Assembly (NCBI GenBank): GCA_951406725.2
Contig: OX597816.1
Span: forward strand, 60,140,001 to 60,204,000
DNA length: 64,000 bases
Reading direction: 5' to 3'
Origin: Octopus vulgaris
Taxonomy: Eukaryota
Below, one piece after another: positions 61,177 through 64,000 of this stretch. The notes beneath the pieces were generated by a model that did no database searches, had not been told where the DNA came from, and worked only from the letters and a program-made list of their open reading frames with translations. Each line of letters begins with the position of its first letter. The first letter of the stretch is position 1. A program made the position numbers and the translations under genes.

Positions 61177-64000
61177 AGAGGCAGGGCAGACAAGCATCTG
61201 TCTGGGTGAAAAGTCATAGAAAATGAGTTCAATCTTCAGGTACCTGTGTTTTGGATAAAAGTAATGAAGTTCTATTGGTGGCCTGAATTTGTTGAAATAC
61301 AGATTTGACAAATGCATTTTTTCCTAGCTTGGAGATTCTTCCTGAACTATGGCTATTTATTCTCTGAGTTCAAATCCCATTAAGATCAACTTTGCCTTTC
61401 ATTCTTTTGGGGGTCAGTAATATGAATACAATAGAAGTGCTGGAGTCAGTACAATGATTTATTTCACCCCCAAATCTTGTGGCCTCATAGCTACATAGGA
61501 AATCATTTTAGTATCTTGTTTTTAGATATGTGTGTGTGTGTGTAATTATATATTCTGGGCACATTTTCTATGGGGTTTTCATTCAGCAGCACCGTTTACA
61601 TGATGGTAAATCTGGCATCAGTTCCCTTCATAATTCCAGAGTACAAACGAAGAACAAAATTGTGATGCTTGTATTCTATTCAATACAGCCATAGAAACCA
61701 TACCAAATCAGACTGGAGTCTGGCACAGCTCCCCAGCTTGCCAGCTCTGATCAAACTGTCTGACTCCTGCCAACATGGACAACAGACATTTGATGATAAT
61801 GATGGTGTTATCTGGGGCATATGCAGCAGGAATTCCATATCTGCCTCCTGGTGTTGTCCTTATATTATTATCATATCTCATATTGCATTATATTATTTTG
61901 ATTTTGTATATAAATGTGGTGTATTGTATTATACTGAATTACTGGGATATATCCTTTCAAATGCTGTATAAGTGATAGTAGGATAATTGTCCTGAATAAA
62001 TGATTGCTGATTCTAAAGTAAGCACGCATCACCACCTTGCAATAACATGAATAGTTGTCATGCATGGTAGCAGAACAAAGTAAACGAGGAATGTCAATAA
62101 CCTTATATTTCGATCAGTATGGAGCAGAAATAAGCAAAAAAAGAGAAAAAGTAGCTTTGAAACATATAAAGAGATATAAAGAGTGCAAAGGTGAGTTCAA
62201 GAATGTCAATTAAAAAGTAAAATAAAGAGACCTAATGAACTTGACTCTTAAGCAGAAATATAATAGAATAAGTGAGGTTAAGAGAAAGAAACTGTGTGAT
62301 AGTTAAGTATTGATCCATTTGATCAGATGATAATGTGAACTTCCAATATTTCAGAAGGTCATTTTCAAATTTTCACCATTTGGTAAAGATTTCTTAACTT
62401 GCATTTAGATAATTTGCAGAACTGTTAAAGGTTTTCAGTATGAGGTTCTTTTTAGTTATACGCATCTCATATATTTTTATCCAATTCTATATGGTGTGCA
62501 CTGTTCAAAGGTCTTCCACCTGATATTGAAATTAGTGGCACATTCTTTCAAATTCCAAATGTAACTGGACGATGTTGTATGCTTCTTTTCTTTTAAATCT
62601 GAAGCGAGAAGTATGATAGAAGTAAGATTATTTAAATTTACATTCTAACTAACCTATATAGTTGGTATAAAAGTTTGGTTTGATGAAGATTAATTGCTTC
62701 ATATATGATCACTTCATTATTAGATGGCTAACTCATTTAAACTGTATAAAGTTCTGATCTCTAACTGTGGAAGAACTTGTAGAAGGTATAGATGCAGGGG
62801 ATGAGATGGTGAAGTATGATCTTTCAATGTTGAGTTTCATAGAAGTGATGAGAAGCAATTGAGTCCTTTGGTGATATGCTGTTCTTGAGAATACATATCA
62901 AACCAATTGGAATTGTAGTCATGGTCAGTGCTGGTGACACATAAAAGACACATACTACACTCTTGGAGTGGTTAGTGTTAAGAAGGATATCCAATCACAG
63001 AAACCAAACCAAACCATACTGTAGCCTGGCACAGTTCTTTGGCTTACTGGTTACAGTCAAACCATCTAACCCATGCCAGCGTGGAAAATGGATGATGATG
63101 ATGATGTTGATGAAATACATGTCTGTTAGTCACATTTAGCTGGTTTGTGTGTTATGAGATCATTCTTATTGGGAGGAGAGCTATAATTTAGTTTTAGAGT
63201 GTTTCTATTAAATAGTTTTCTCTAGTGGTGATTGATTTGAAAATACCTATTTATTAGAGGTATGATGTCTTTGGCAATACTAGACTTAATGCTCAGAGAA
63301 AAAGAAGGCATGAACAAGATGATGTGGCACATGCATGTGTGTTTGTGTGTGTGTGTGCTTTGCCAATATACATTGGTGAAGGATATAAAGATCAGCAAAA
63401 ATCTGGTGTTTTATGCATAAGTCCTTTGAGAAATTTGTTGTACATCACATTATGGTTATTCATTTGTCATTATCGTCATCTGAAATGCAGTGAACCAGTG
63501 TATGCTTCTGTTGGAAATCTGTAGCCAACAGCGCCATTGTTTAACAAATATATGATATGAAATAAAAACATTAAAAAAATACCAATTTCTCTCTCTCTCT
63601 CTCTCCCCCTCTGTCAATGTACATATATGCATATCTGTGTGTGTGTGTGTGTGTATAGGTATTATATATATACAAATATACATATATGCATACATTTATA
63701 TGTGTATATATATATGTATGCATACATATATATGCATGTATCTATATATAAATATAAAATTAATATAAACAGTTCTATGTGCGTGTATATATATATATAT
63801 ATATGGGGTAGAAAGGGCTCCTTAGCCGTAGTGAAGGCAATCTATCTAGGGAGATAACCTTACAATAAATCACTGGGTCTGTAGCTTAGAAATACTGGTT
63901 GACGTCCAGCGGGAACAGCTTTGTTTCATGGAGGAGGAAAGATCTTCTTTAGTACTTGGTTGTACAATGCTTTCCAATGTGTGTAGTAGTGGCGCGCGCA

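Noticed and set aside
62100-62870. Possible decayed LINE coding sequence
   Set aside because: No diagnostic motif could be read in any frame, so it is left unannotated.

Overview
AT-rich eukaryotic non-coding DNA, saturated with repeats and most likely intronic or intergenic sequence from an octopus (coleoid cephalopod). The organism call is inferred from the SINE families and the density of (TA)n/(CA)n/(AAT)n/(ATG)n microsatellites, not from a database hit. No host protein-coding gene, rRNA, true tRNA or CRISPR array is recognisable, and most ORFs in the track are microsatellite or SINE translations. Supported content: two decayed copies of one RTE-clade LINE in opposite orientation (37.6-39.4 kb and 43.3-46.1 kb), with a Cys/His finger inside the RT and a hairpin-array 3' UTR, plus many 3' stubs; CR1, older RTE and Penelope (GIY-YIG) fragments; mariner deletion derivatives; two hAT elements with 8-bp TSDs; TTAA-flanked MITEs; and at least four tRNA-derived SINE families (labelled A-D here) that are nested, multimerised and module-swapped. 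A weak minus-strand multi-exon candidate and two microexon-like signals are flagged. I found no convincing new multi-gene system; the best leads concern retroelement architecture and possible dsRNA/ADAR substrates. Repeat boundaries were read by eye (roughly +/-10-20 bp unless a TIR or TSD is quoted).
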